A stretch of 64,000 nt of DNA, taken from assembly GCA_951406725.2 (NCBI GenBank), contig OX597830.1, positions 2,914,001 through 2,978,000 on the forward strand, given 5' to 3'. This document shows, one piece after another, positions 25,443 to 37,869 of this stretch (the stretch's first letter is position 1; every line of letters begins with the position of its first letter). The notes beneath the pieces are model-generated. The model saw nothing but the letters and a program-made list of their open reading frames with translations. It was not told the origin of the DNA and did not search any database. Both the position numbers and the translations under genes were made by a program. The DNA is from Octopus vulgaris (Eukaryota).

Positions 25443-25768
25443 CATCATTTAGCGTCCGCTTTCCATGCTAGCATGGGTTGGACTAATATATATATATATA
25501 TATATATATGGCTTCCGTGCTGGTGGCACATGAAAAGTACCATCCAACTGTGGTTGATGCTAGATCCTCTGGTCACTTGTGCCGGTGGCATGTAAAGAGC
25601 ACCCACCACACTCTCGGAATGGTTGGCGTTAGGAAGGGCATCCAGCTGTAGAAACACTGCCTGATCAGATTGGGGCCTGGTGCAGCCTCCTGCCTTCCCA
25701 GACCCCAGTCAAACCGTCCAATCCATGCCAGCATGGAAAATGGATGTTGAACAATGATGATGATGATA
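25443..25768 (+). mobile_element. RTE 3' UTR fragment (25510-25768, +) with a short opposite-strand tail fragment (25443-25483, -)
   Basis: Same 3' UTR motifs and (GAT)n tails in both orientations. Confidence 0.85.
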
Positions 25769-25959
25769 TATTTTCTGAATTTATGTGAATGTGTAACGAA
25801 TAATATATCAGTTGAATAAAGTTAAGACATGGTCTGGTTTTCCTGTTTTTTATTATGGTATTCTAACATTATAAAAATATTTTGTAAATTTATAAAGTTC
25901 AATTAGCACTTTCATACGTTCATAGCAATCATCAGATTTCAAAATGTATTTAAATTTGT

Positions 25960-26725
25960 ACTACAGCAGATGATCCAACTATCAGAAACACATGACTTAT
26001 AAAACTCAAAGGATTTCTGCTCAAGCAAAATTACCCTAACCTACTTATAGAAAATAGCACACAACGAGCAAAAGAGATAACTATAGAACAACTCAGGGCA
26101 ACATGAGAAAGATGAACCCATCAACGGAACACAATACCATTTCTAGTAACACACAATCCACATCACCAAAATATTTTTAACATTTTCAAAAAAAAATTTT
26201 TAATCATGAAACAAAGTGAGAAATTTAAAAACATAATAACTAACCAAACACTTATCTTAAGCAAAAGGCAACCACATAACCTAAAGAAACTTATTAAGAA
26301 AGGCAAAATTCAAAATGAACGAACAGGATAGAACATTCACAGTATCCAAGTGTAATGATAACAGATGTAGAACGTGTCAATACATGCAAATGGGAAGATC
26401 CATTGGAGCAAAAAATGGACAGATTTTTGCAAATGCAGATATGAACTGCAAAAGCAGAAATTTGATCTCCTGTATTAAATTTATGAATTGCAAGGAACTA
26501 TTATATTGGCAAGACAGGGAATGTATTATCATCAGAACACTCACGAGTCCACAGACAATAAATTTGGAACACTAATGTTTGTCAAATGCCATTGAGTGAA
26601 CATGTAGAAACATGTGGTCAGAAAATGTTTCTAATATTTCCTTTCCACAAACTACATGACACAAATGAAGTTGGCAGAAAGATGAAAGAAAAACGTTTTT
26701 ATTAAAATGTTCAAACTTGTTCTGA
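25960..26725 (+). mobile_element. Penelope-like element remnant (GIY-YIG region)
   Basis: LKGFLLKQNYPNLLIEN, IPFLVTHNP, LILSKRQPHNLKKLI, KCNDNRCRTC, MNCKSRNLISCIKFMNCKE..YIGKT. Confidence 0.85.
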
Positions 26726-26796
26726 AGGGAAATAACAACAATAATATAACAACCAGTTAAGGATCAGTGGATTCAAAAATATCTTTAACATATGAT

Positions 26797-27202
26797 TACT
26801 CTCTTTTTTATTCTTTTACTCTCTTTTACTTGTTTCAGTCATTTGATTGTAGCCATGCTGGAGCACTGCCTTTAGTCAAGCAAAAAGACCCCAGGACTTA
26901 TTCTTTGTAAGCATAGTACTTATTTTATTGGTCTCTTTTGCCGAACTGCTAAGTTACAGGGACAGAAACACACCAGCATTGGTTGTCTAGCGATGTTGGG
27001 GGAGACAAACACACACACACATATATATACATATATATATATATGATAGGCTTCTTTCAGTTTCTGTCTACCAAATCTACTCACAAGGCTTTGGTTGATC
27101 TGAGGCTATAGTTGAAGACACTTGCCGAAGGTGCCACGCAGTGGGACTGAACCTGGAACCATGTGGTTCGTAAGCAAGCTACTAACCACACAGCCACTTC
27201 TG
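26797..27202 (-). mobile_element. tRNA-derived CORE-type SINE family B
   Basis: Reverse complement of gtggctgtgtggttagtagcttgc...ggttcagtcccactgcgtggcaccttcggcaagtgtctt... with an aagtaaaagag tail. Confidence 0.88.
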
Positions 27203-27520
27203 TCAAAACCAACTGAGTTTTCTCACTCATAAAACCATTACATGTAAACCACAAACTAATTGGTTAAAATAAAGATGGGATGTAAGCCAGTAATATCGGT
27301 ACACCCAGCAAACCATGACTTCTAAGCTGCATGTGGATTGGTCAAAACCGTATTCCAAAAGATTTAGCTTGTTGGAGTCTTCTGAGAAGAAGAAGTCAGT
27401 CATTTTACTACAGTTGTCAAGACCCTGACTGTCAGTTAAATGCATTTTGGAATCTGATGATTACTACGAAATATGAAAGCATTGGTTAAACTTTAGGAAC
27501 ATTACAAAATATCTTTTTTA

Positions 27521-27751
27521 ATGTTAAAATACCATGATAAAAAATGTGAAACCCAGACCATGCATTCTCTTTCTTGCCAATATAGAAATGCAGACCGGAA
27601 AGTGGAGCATTATCCAGTTGAACTCGGATGTAAAGGGTTTGTTGGACACAGGGTGAGGGGAGTGTTGTTATTGTTAGGCTTAACTCATCGTAAAGTAAAT
27701 ACCATCATGACCGATATCCAAACTACAGTGGATTTCGTTAAAAAGAGATGA
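27521..27751 (+). mobile_element. C-terminal RLE-endonuclease fragment of a HERO/R4-like non-LTR retrotransposon
   Basis: LSCQYRNADRKVEHYPVELGCKGFVG..VRGVLLLLGL resembles the C-terminal xxGWKxxxxPVEVGCRGF..L..LG signature of HERO-type elements (recalled, not searched). Confidence 0.55.
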
Positions 27752-27914
27752 TGAGTGATGCCTAAAAAAATATTGAGCTTCATTTGAGCTCAATATTTTT
27801 TTAGGCATCACTCATCATCTCTTTTTAACGAAATCCACTGTAGTTTGGATATCGGTCATGATGGTATTTACTTTACGATGAGTTAAGCCTAACAATAACA
27901 ACACTCCCCTCACC
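27652..27914. repeat. Perfect inverted repeat: arms 27652-27779 and 27787-27914 (128 bp), 7-bp spacer
   Basis: Arms are exact reverse complements. The ORF track shows the same peptide (VRGVLLLLGLTHRK...FVKKR) on both strands. Confidence 0.97.
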
Positions 27915-28111
27915 AGTTCATCTTGCAAGCAGGGCCTCAGAGCAGTGGTACAGGTCAGTGCGCACTGATGCCGTTGGTAGGCCCTAAAAGGGCATGCATT
28001 CTCTCCTGATGATCCCATACACTTGCTGGCTTCCAGTATGCAGAGTTTTCGACTGGCAACACTTGCATGGGCAAGTTGCTTGCAAAACGTATATATATAT
28101 ATATCATAAAT

Positions 28112-28365
28112 AAATAACTGTTTCCTTCTTGAGCCATGCCAGGTTCATGAGGGTCAGTTTCCTGGTTTCATGGCATATACGTTCCCCACCTGGAGAGGAC
28201 ACCAGTCCTTCACAGGATGACTCATTTTTGCCATCTGAGTGGACTGGAGCAACATGAAATAAAGTGTTCTGCTCAAGAACACAATGCACTGCCAAGTCCA
28301 GGAATCAAAACCACAATCTTACACTCATAAGTCCAACACCCTAACCATTAATCCACATGCCTCTA
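28112..28365 (-). mobile_element. tRNA-derived SINE family C
   Basis: Reverse complement of gtagaggcatgtggattaatggttagggtgttggac...gtgttcttgagcagaacactttatttcatgttgctccagtccac; a paralog lies at 33213. Confidence 0.75.
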
Positions 28366-28463
28366 CACACACACACATGCATATATATGTGCATATATAT
28401 ACATGTATGTATGTATGTATGTATGTATTGTATGTGTGTATGTATATATATATATATACATAC

Positions 28464-28505
<42 letters not shown>

Positions 28506-29119
28506 TGAGAAAGAGAGAGAGAGAAAGATAGCGTGATGTTTTATAGATATCTATAGACATAGATATATATTTGTGCATGGTTTAAATGTGTGTGTGTGTG
28601 TGTGTTAGTGTATGCTTATGTGTATATGTGCGTGTGTGTGGGTGGGTGCACGTGCATCTCCTCAGAACACTGTCACCATCTGAGCAGCAATAATGTGGTT
28701 TATGTCTCCCATGAACAAAATGTCTGGCAACAGTTCAACATGCAAAAATATAGACTGAAGTATCTTAGTTGGGAAGTTGTGTGGCATCGGGGAGAGTAGC
28801 ACGCTGGTGGATGCTGCCTGAAGAAATCCTATGTTTGTCCATAAAAGTGGAGGTAAATTTAAAAGAATTGTAACTCTGATTAAAAACAAAGATTTTACCA
28901 TTTAAAGATGTCCATTACAAATGAAGCCAATGAAGGCAGTGCTCCAGCATGGCCACAGTTCTGTAACTTAAAACGTTAAAAGATTAAAAAGAAAATGATT
29001 ATAAAACATAATTACGTGATAATGATGGTTAGTTATGGCGCCTGGTACAGTTATTGTGTCTTTTGAGGAACTGACAAGTTAGGGAATGTCTTATGTTGAA
29101 GAAATTTACCTTGAGACAA

Positions 29120-29560
29120 TAATCCTTTCTACAAGAGGCACAAGGCCTGAAATTTGTGGGGAAGGGACTAGTCGATTACATTGCCCCCCCCCCCCAGTGT
29201 TTTACTGGTACTTAACCCTTTTGTTACCGTATTTATTTTGAGATGCTCTGTGTTTCTTTCAATTACTTTAAATATAATAAAGAATTTAGTAAAATAACTT
29301 AGTTATCATTTAGCTAGTGTTAGGAACATAAATTGTGACTAAAGTTTGGTGGAAGATTTAATTCAAAACTTATGGAAACAAAGACATTTGTACTAAAGAG
29401 CCAGAGGCAGATTCAGCTGGGTTGGTAATGAAAGGGTTAATTTATCAACCTCGAAAGGATGACAGGAAAAGTCGATCTCTGTGGAATTTGAACTCAGGAC
29501 ATAATGGTAGATGAAATACCGCAAAGTATTTTGCCCAACGATTCTGCAAGCTCGCCACCA
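29120..29560 (-). mobile_element. SINE family A copy interrupted by a MITE
   Basis: ctggtacttaa|tttatcaacc is split by the 29216-29436 insert. Confidence 0.8.
29216..29436. mobile_element. piggyBac-type MITE (221 bp)
   Basis: TTAA duplication (29212-29215, 29437-29440); termini cccttttgttacc / ggtaatgaaaggg. Confidence 0.85.
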
Positions 29561-29744
29561 TTATCCTGGGAAAATAATGACATCAAAACTATACAAACAG
29601 AACTAAAAAAAAAACCCTCATCATTCGATGTCTCCACCCTTTGCTCTTCTTATATCTCCCCCACCATTCTCCTTCTGTCAGTGGAAATAGTTTCTGTACC
29701 TGTTGTGATGTGATACAATGTCATATCATAGATTAATCAGTTTG

Positions 29745-30615
29745 AGAGGAGAACAGAGAGTAAAATGATGAGAAAGAGAAATGGAAGATGACTTTGTGCT
29801 GCAGCTAATAATTAGTATTGCTGATGGAGCTCGTTAGTTGGTTGTGGAGAGTAAGGAGTGGAAGAGAGATGAGAGAGAAGAGAGAGAGAACTTTAGATAG
29901 GGCATAGATGGAAAAGTGGGGTGGATAAGAAGTAAGGGGGAGTGAAGCAGAAAGAGAGTGTGAGAGCCAAACGAGGGGAGAAGGAATTTGGGAGATGTAG
30001 TAAGACTGAGTGAGAGAGAAAGAGGGAGACAAAGAGAGAGTGAGACAAGGTAAAGAAGTAGTGAGATAGAGAGAAAAAGGGAGTTAGAGAGCACAAGGGA
30101 GACAGGGCGATGGAGCAAGAGAAAAATGTGGAGAGAGACAGAGAGAGAGAGAAATGGATGGGCAAAGAGGATGAGGGAGAAGAACTAGAAGGGGAGAGAG
30201 ATAGTTTATTGAGAGAGGGGTTGGTGAGAGAATAAGAAGTGAGAATGAGGAGAAGAGGAAGTAGAAAGAGGAGAAAGAAGAAAGAGAGGAGAAAGTGGGA
30301 GGAAGGAAGAGATAGGAAAAATTTAATAAAAAGGATGAAGAGTAAAGAAAGATGGAAAGGTAGAAAAGAGCAAGAGAAAGAGAGGAAGGGAGATGAAGAG
30401 AGAGGAGGAGAGATAAAGAAGGCAAAAGAAAAATGAGGGAAGGAGGAAGAGGAAAGAGTCGATAGAGTGAAGGACAATGAAAAGAAGAGAGAGAGAGAGA
30501 GAGGAGAAGGAAGGGAAGATGAGAATTAGAAGAGGTATGAGAAAAATTAAGAGCAAGAGTGAAAAGATAGAAAGCGAAAATAAAGAATGAGTGAGAGAGA
30601 GGGAGGGGGGAGGGC
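29745..30615. repeat. Purine-rich (GA/GGA) low-complexity tract
   Basis: ~870 bp with strong A+G bias on the + strand. Confidence 0.9.
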
Positions 30616-31299
30616 AGTAAAAACTATTCTTGGTGACCATTTCATGAAGTTTACAAACAACTTGTAACCTAGTATAATGGTTTCACTCGTTCTTTTCTAG
30701 TTTCTTTTTTTTTTTCATCACTTGGTTATAATTTCAAATCATTCATAAACATTGCTGCATTTTTTTTTCTTCTTTTCTTTCCTTTAATTTTATTCCCATC
30801 ACTTTATTTCCCCCCTGAATTAAAATTTTTTTCCCCCTGTTCAGCTATTTAAATTTAAAATGCATTTAGGACTTCAAAAACCATCCGCATTTCATCAACG
30901 ATGTTTTTAAAAAGCTGTTCTACTTTTGAAGGCAAAATACTTCAACAGCAAATAAAAACAAAAAACAAAAAAAAAACTGGAGACCATCTGAGAAACATGA
31001 AAATATTTGATGACATTTCAAGATAGGAGAAACAAAGTATTTTATTTTAATTTATGTTTTAATTTTTTTTTAATTAAAAGTTTAAAATATTCAGCTGCAC
31101 TTTTTATTTGTTTCATTTATTTATTTATTTATGAGATGGGTGTTTAATAATATTATATTTCTGTTCAACCATTTCAGAATTGGGGAATTATTTTAATGTG
31201 CTATGGCAAGTGTTTTTGCTGCAGTTTGTTCTCGGTCATTTAGTTATCAAATCAGCCTCTGTTTGTCATTAGAGTCAAGCAAACTCAATAGATAATTAA

Positions 31300-31760
31300 A
31301 TATATTGGAGGCAGCCTATGAAGTTGCCTCCTCCATTCATACAAGACATGCCAATATCCATATTGTGATGTGACAATGTTATTCATTGAACATGGAGTAA
31401 AAGTTGATGGAAATGGGGCGGGGCAGGGTCTGTTTTGTCTTAAGGTTCTCTTCTGATTGACTGAAGTCTTTATCTTGTGGTGACTGCAACACAACTATCT
31501 TTGATAAGCAAGAGATTGGATTCCTTTGGAAAAGAAACTGGCTAATGTTAACATCCTCCTGCTTGCCACTCTCCAGGGTTTTGGCATAGTTCTGTCAGTC
31601 ATTGATGGATCAATAACCAATATGAAGCAAATGTTATCAGTAATCAATGGATCGATGACATCCTGTGTTTGAAGATTAACCAGTTCCTGTTCTGGGTTGT
31701 CTTAAGTCAGAGACCCGCTTCTTCAAAGGTATTACACCTGTTGAAGTTGGCAGCAGGTGA
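31300..31760 (-). mobile_element. Possible highly decayed Penelope-like remnant
   Basis: FFSKGIQSLAYQR*LCCSHHKIKTSVNQKRTLRQ and HRLPPIY resemble PLE linker and C-terminal motifs. Confidence 0.35.
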
Positions 31761-32668
31761 AGTAAGAATAACTTGAGGTGAAGAAGCCATCTTCTACCTT
31801 CCTGTGAAATATGGGAAAAAGCAGCAAGAAAACTGCTGCCATCTGGTGTGGAAGTAAGAGAGGTAAATAGGGATGTTTAATTGAATGGAATAGGAGTCAG
31901 TACGGCCAGGTTGACAATAAATGAGGATATAACTCCTCCAGTGACACCTTGTGTGATTATGGCACAGTGACATTTCAAACATCATCCACTTCTTCCTGCC
32001 CCACAATCCTCCCACATTCTGTTTACCCCTTTTACACTCATGCCCATAGTCTCTCTCCTTCTCTCTCTCTCTCTCTCTCTCCCTTTGTCTCTATCTTAAT
32101 CTCTCTGTTCATCACATCTCATTAATACTCATAACTTCTCTATCTCCTTTTTCCTCACTCTTTTTCCCTCTCTCTTCTTTCCCACCCTCTCTTTCTTTCT
32201 CTCACTCGCTTTCTTTAAATTTAAAAGCCATCAACTTCGGTTGTTCTTGCAAAATACATCGAAGATACAAAGCAATATTTGCAGATATGGCTGAATAAAG
32301 TTTAGTTGAAGGTGAACCAGCACCAATAAGCTGTCTACTCTCTAAATTATTGTGGAACTGAAAGATTATGACAATAGAACCAAGAACTGAAGGTAAGTAA
32401 TAACAAGAAACCTCGGTTCATTCATTGGAAGATGTCTTTGAATAATTGCAGCAATTAAATGAAGAGGTTACACCTTTAATTATGATGCATCAAAGCTGGC
32501 CAATCAACAACCAATTAGTATCCAACGATCTTATATTAAAAGAATCAAACAGCAATTGGTATTTTTTGCAGTGTCTTATCCATGTTGTAAGAGACCCCAA
32601 AAGAGAAGTTCTTCAGAAAACTGATGACATCTACATTTATTCTGATAGGCACACAGGCATGCATGCAT

Positions 32669-32703
<35 letters not shown>

Positions 32704-33212
32704 TGTGTGTGTGCATCTGCACTCATAGACATGCATATATGTGTACGGAGGCAGTCTGATGATGTCTTAACTGGCTAAAACTTCGAAGTCACTGTTAATA
32801 ATATTCTTGTTTAAGAATAATAAAAATTTTCTGTACCAAAGAATGGAGTAACCCATCAGATTAATGTAAAAGTGTTTTTATTATAACTGGACATAAAAGC
32901 AAACATTAACAATACATATGTACGTACGTATGTAGTTGAAATTTATAGGAGAACAAAAGACGAAGACAGGTGTATGAACAACAAGCAGGTGTATTAGTTT
33001 GATGCTTGGGGAGGTGAGAAAGTCTTTTACGTTTCAAGCCTATGCCCTTCAACAGAAAGGAATAAGAGAAAATAACTAGCGATGAAAAAATGAAAAAGAA
33101 TGAAAAAAACTTACAGATTTCAGCAGTCCGGCATGGCAAACGTATGTATGTATGTGTGTATGTGTGTATGTATGCATGTGCATGTATGTGTGTGTGTATG
33201 TATACATGGAAG

Positions 33213-33395
33213 TGTGGAAGTGTATGGCTTAGTGGTTAGGGTGTTGGACTCATGATCATAAGATTGTAGTTTCGATTCCTGGACCAGGCAATAGGTTTTC
33301 TTTTTGAGCAAAACACTTCCTTTCATGTTGCTCCAGTCCATCAATTGGTGAAAATGAGTCATCTTACGATTGAGTAGCATCCCACCCAGGGAAGG
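33213..33395 (+). mobile_element. SINE family C copy
   Basis: gtggaagtgtatggcttagtggttagggtgttggactc...gtttcgattcctgg (A/B boxes). Confidence 0.75.
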
Positions 33396-33434
33396 AGGCT
33401 GGATATGTATATGCCACAAAATATAGGGAAGCAA

Positions 33435-33910
33435 GAGTGGCTGTGTGGTAAGGAGTGGCTGTGTGGTAAGGAGTGGCTGTGTGGTAAGGAGTGGCTGTGT
33501 GGTAAGGAGTGGCTGTGTGGTAAGTAGCTTGCTAACCAACCACATGGTTCCGGGTTCAGCCCCACTGCATGGCATCTTGGGCAAGTGTCTTCAGCTATAG
33601 CCCCGGGCCGACCAATGCCTTGTGAGTGGATTTGGTAGACAGAAACTGAAATAAGCCTGTCGTATATATGTATATATATATATAAGTGTTTGTGTATATG
33701 TTTGTGTCTGTGTTTGTCCCCCTAGCATTGCTTGACAACCAATGCTGGTGTGTTTACGTCCCCGTCACTTAGCGGTTCGGCAAAAGAGACCGATAGAATA
33801 AGTACTGGGCTTACAAAGAATAAGTCCCGGGGTCGATTTGCTTGACTAAAGGCGGTGCTCCAGCATGGCCGCAGTCAAATGACTGAAACAAGTAAAAGAG
33901 TAAAAGAGTA
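33435..33910 (+). mobile_element. SINE family B with five tandem copies of its 18-bp 5' head
   Basis: (gagtggctgtgtggtaag)x5 at 33435-33524, then a full SINE body ending aagtaaaagagtaaaagag. Confidence 0.92.
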
Positions 33911-36299
33911 AGCAAGCGTTCAGAGCTTAGGGCTCACGAGGGGCATTTCATCCATTTATTTATTTAGTTTTTTTTTTCTTGATGGAAATAAATATGTCAG
34001 TCAAGGAGTCAAAGAGTCAAAGAAAAATCTTTGAGGAAGTTTGTTCTGCTTCTGTCTTCGTTTCCTTTTATGTCCAAGTCAACTTTCTTTACAAAGTTAA
34101 TAAACAAAGCTCATAAGAAAGTACTGGGACGTGGATTGGGGGAGGGACGGTGAGGGGGTTAGAAACCATGAAACTAGAACACATTAGAAACCATTAACTT
34201 GAAGTTTGTGCTCCAGCTTGGCTACAGTCCAACAACTAACACTAGTAAAATAATAAAAAGAACTCAAACATTTGCATGCACAAGCACACACACACACTCA
34301 CACACATGCACACACACACATATGCACACACTCTCGCACATGCACACACACACACACACACATAATTATAAACACATAAACAAATGGTTGTGTGGTAAGA
34401 AGCTTGCTTCCAAACTACATGGTTTTGGGTTCAGTCCCGTTGGATGGAACTTTGGGCAAATCTCCTCTGCTATAGCCTTGGGAGTAGATTTAGCTGATGG
34501 AAACTGAAATGAAGCCAGTTATATATATATTTTATTGAGAGATATATAGATCTTTTATCTTTTACTTAGTTCAGTCATTAGACTGTGGCCATGCTGGGGC
34601 ACCGTCTTGAAGAAATTTTAGTTGAATGAATTGATCCTCGTACTTATTTTTTTAAAGCCTTGTACTTATTCTAACACTCTCTTTTACCGAACAGCTAAGT
34701 TACAGGGATGTAAACACACAGATAGATAAACTGATGTGTGTGTATGTGCGAATGTCTATGTTTTCAACATCATGTAATGTTTTAAATGTGAGTTGCCATT
34801 ATTGGAGTGATGCCTGTTCCCACCATAAAAACAGGCCTAGTCTTGGGTTAATATTACCTCAGTTGGAAACAGGTGAAGGTTGGAGACAGGAAGAGCATCT
34901 GGCCATGACAAACTTGTCTCTGCAAATTTCATCCAACCCATGCAAGCATGGAAAAGTGGAATTTAGATCAAGGATGATGAAGATGATGAGGGTGATATAG
35001 AAAGAGCGAAAGCAGAGGGAAAGTGGGGGAGATAGAGCAAGAGAGAGAGGAGAGAGAGGGGAAGAGTGAAAGAGAAAGAGGAAGAGGAAGAGAGAGAGAT
35101 AGGAAGAGCAAGTGAGAGGGAGATGCAGAGATAGACAGATGGGCTGATAAGCATATAACTATTGTTATAGCTATGTACACACATGTGCATGCATATATAT
35201 GCATATACGTGTTCTTTCTGCTTTTCTCTCTCTCTCTCTCTCTCTCACATGCTCACACACACACATGCTTGCACATACACAGACACATGCACATACACAC
35301 ACACACACGCATTACACACAAACACTTATGTGTTTACGTAGTGACAAAATTACTATTAGCCATTTTTAATCTCAGAACTCAAATGTACCAACCGATGTAT
35401 TATGTATTCATGATTCATTTAATTATTTACACTTTCCAATTAGAATCGTTGTATATTAATTACAACATACCCCACTTTCACGGCAACCATTTTGTTTAAA
35501 GCAGAGACATGTGTGAAAGAGCTAAAGGGTGAGAGTGCTTAAAGTGCATTAACAAACCAAGAACTCATTCACTTGTAAAGAAGATAATTGAATAATATTT
35601 CCCAATGTATAATTAATGCTACTACGCAACATCCATTTCCTATAAACATTATGTGTGAAGACCAAACTCGTTTATTCTACTGTTGTAAAGTGCTCTAATA
35701 CACATAGAGATATACATATATACAAACAAACATACATATATATATATGTACATATATAAGTATATATATATGTAAGTATATACACATATATATGTGTATG
35801 TATGTACGTACATATACATACACATATATGTGCGTGTGTGAGTAAAACATAAAGTGTCAGGCATCTATACAAGTGTTATGAGTTAAACGAATAGTGGATT
35901 CTCAGAAGAAAGGTTTTGTGGTTTATTATTACTTTTGTAGTATTTCGTTTCCTTTTACAGATGAGGTGCTTGTGCATGGAATGCAATGTTGCATAGTGAA
36001 GAAACATGAGTATTGGTTGCAGAAGATTTGAAATGCCTGGAAATAAACAGGGCAAGTATGCACGGACTGGATTTGTAATGAGAGTGAAAGGGGAAACAGT
36101 ATATCAAATTACATTAAATTATTTTAAAATAGGGAAGCATTAGAAAAGGTGGTTTAAGAGATATTGACAGGAAATTAGATGGAATAGTCATGGCTGGCAA
36201 ACTTTCCTTATTGGTCTTCTCATTAAAGCTAACCTCATACTAAAGAACACACACACACACATCATTATATATGTATAATGATATATAGAAAAAAGTTGT

Positions 36300-36768
36300 T
36301 TGGGTATTCAGTTCCTAATGACATTTTGAAGTGCTTGAAGGAGGATATTTGGTGAAAGTTACCGGATCTCTGGAATGTGAAGAATTGGATTCCTTATGAC
36401 AACAATCCACCCTGTCACTGAGCTCTGCTCACTTGTATTTCTCACAAAAGACAACATGGTATTCCTTCTGCACCTGTCCTATTTGCCAGATTTAGAGCTT
36501 GTGGACTTCTACCTCTTCTCTAAGATGAAAATGCAGCTAAAAGGTTGCTGTTTTAACACTGTTGTTGAGATTCAGAACAAATTGTAGAAGATCCTCAACT
36601 CATGGAAAACGACTTCCAGGCTGGACTCCTAAAGTGACAAGAATGCTAAGACCAGTGGATTGCTGTGTGAGGTGACTATTTTGAAGGAGATGATGCAAAA
36701 ACTTTGGTAAATATGTTACTTTTTATTAACTAGCATAACTAGTCCTGTAACTTTTTGATAGCACCTCG
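36300..36768 (+). mobile_element. 3' half of a second mariner element
   Basis: LLHLSYLPDLELVDFYLFSKMKMQLKG (cf. PHPPYSPDLAPxDFxLF), GDYFEGD, and a right TIR ending aactttttgatagcacctcg|TA. Confidence 0.8.
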
Positions 36769-37777
36769 TACAACTTATTGAGAGCTGAATATGCAAATGG
36801 GAATATTTGTTGATATGAAGAATATTTCATCTTCAGAATTCTACAGAGATTAATTCTAACATTTGAAGATCATGTGATATCTCCATACTCAAATGATTAA
36901 ATTAGACTTTCAATTCCAACTTGTATAACATTATATCCTTTATCCTGGAATATCTATGTTTCATGTATTAATTTATGCTTCTATTATTCTTCATTAGAAG
37001 TTTCCTCCTGATTTCTACCCTTACTGCCATTCAAAACCATTATCAGGAAATGCCAAAAGTCCATTCAGTTCTTTTTATCTCATTTATTGGGCATTCTTTG
37101 CCCACAGAATTTCTAGTAATAACCAGTAATAGCCAGTAATAACCAGTAATAACCAGTATTTTTCTTAATTGTATACAACAAAGCTGCTAGTTGAACTTGA
37201 CTAAACAGGCTCAATATGTGAAATAGATATTTCCCAGTGTATACAACATACCTTGTTAGCCAGAAATCCCTTTTTCTCCCCAGTGAACCATTTCCTATCC
37301 CAGTGGACAATTCTTTGAACCCACACAAAACAGAAGTGATAAAGAAAAGAACAAGCGTACAAACGAAATATGAAAGAGCATTGAAAAAATGCATCATTCT
37401 TTTGTTCTTGCATCATTTTTATTATTCTTATGAATATGAATTGTGTTGAAGGCTGCTCAGTAATTCTTGGCTAGAAAGTATGAGGACACCACAATATAAA
37501 GGTTTGTCTCAAACTGGATGTCATCCCCCGGTGAGAGAAGATTCTATTTACTCATTCATACTGTTGATAACTGCAAGTATGGCTGTGTGGTTAAGAAGTT
37601 CCTTCCATGACCACAAAGTATGAGTTTCAGTCTAATTGTGTGGTACCTTGGACAAGTGTCTGCTATTATAGCCCTGGCTTATCCTTAAGCCTTGTGTGTG
37701 GAAACTGAAAGAAGCCTAATGTGTGTCCATATATGGTTAAAATAAGGAGAAGAAAGAGTAAACAACTTGCTTTAAAA

Positions 37778-37869
37778 ATCACCTGAAACGATGCAAATTT
37801 CACTTGAGATGCAAGACGATTGTACAGCATCTCACTGATGAGATGAGTTGAAACAATTGTAGTGGATTT
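37778..37869 (+). ncRNA. Hammerhead-like motif
   Basis: CTGATGA(37835)-GA tgag TT-GAAA-CAATTG-TA-gtggattt: canonical core, palindromic stem III, imperfect stem I. Confidence 0.55.

Noticed and set aside
32285-32398. Strong donor site AAG|GTAAGT
   Set aside because: No convincing open exon upstream; an isolated donor is uninformative.
37113-37158. 9-bp tandem (ccagtaata) x5; also a 16-bp duplication at 22203-22234
   Set aside because: Ordinary short slippage repeats.
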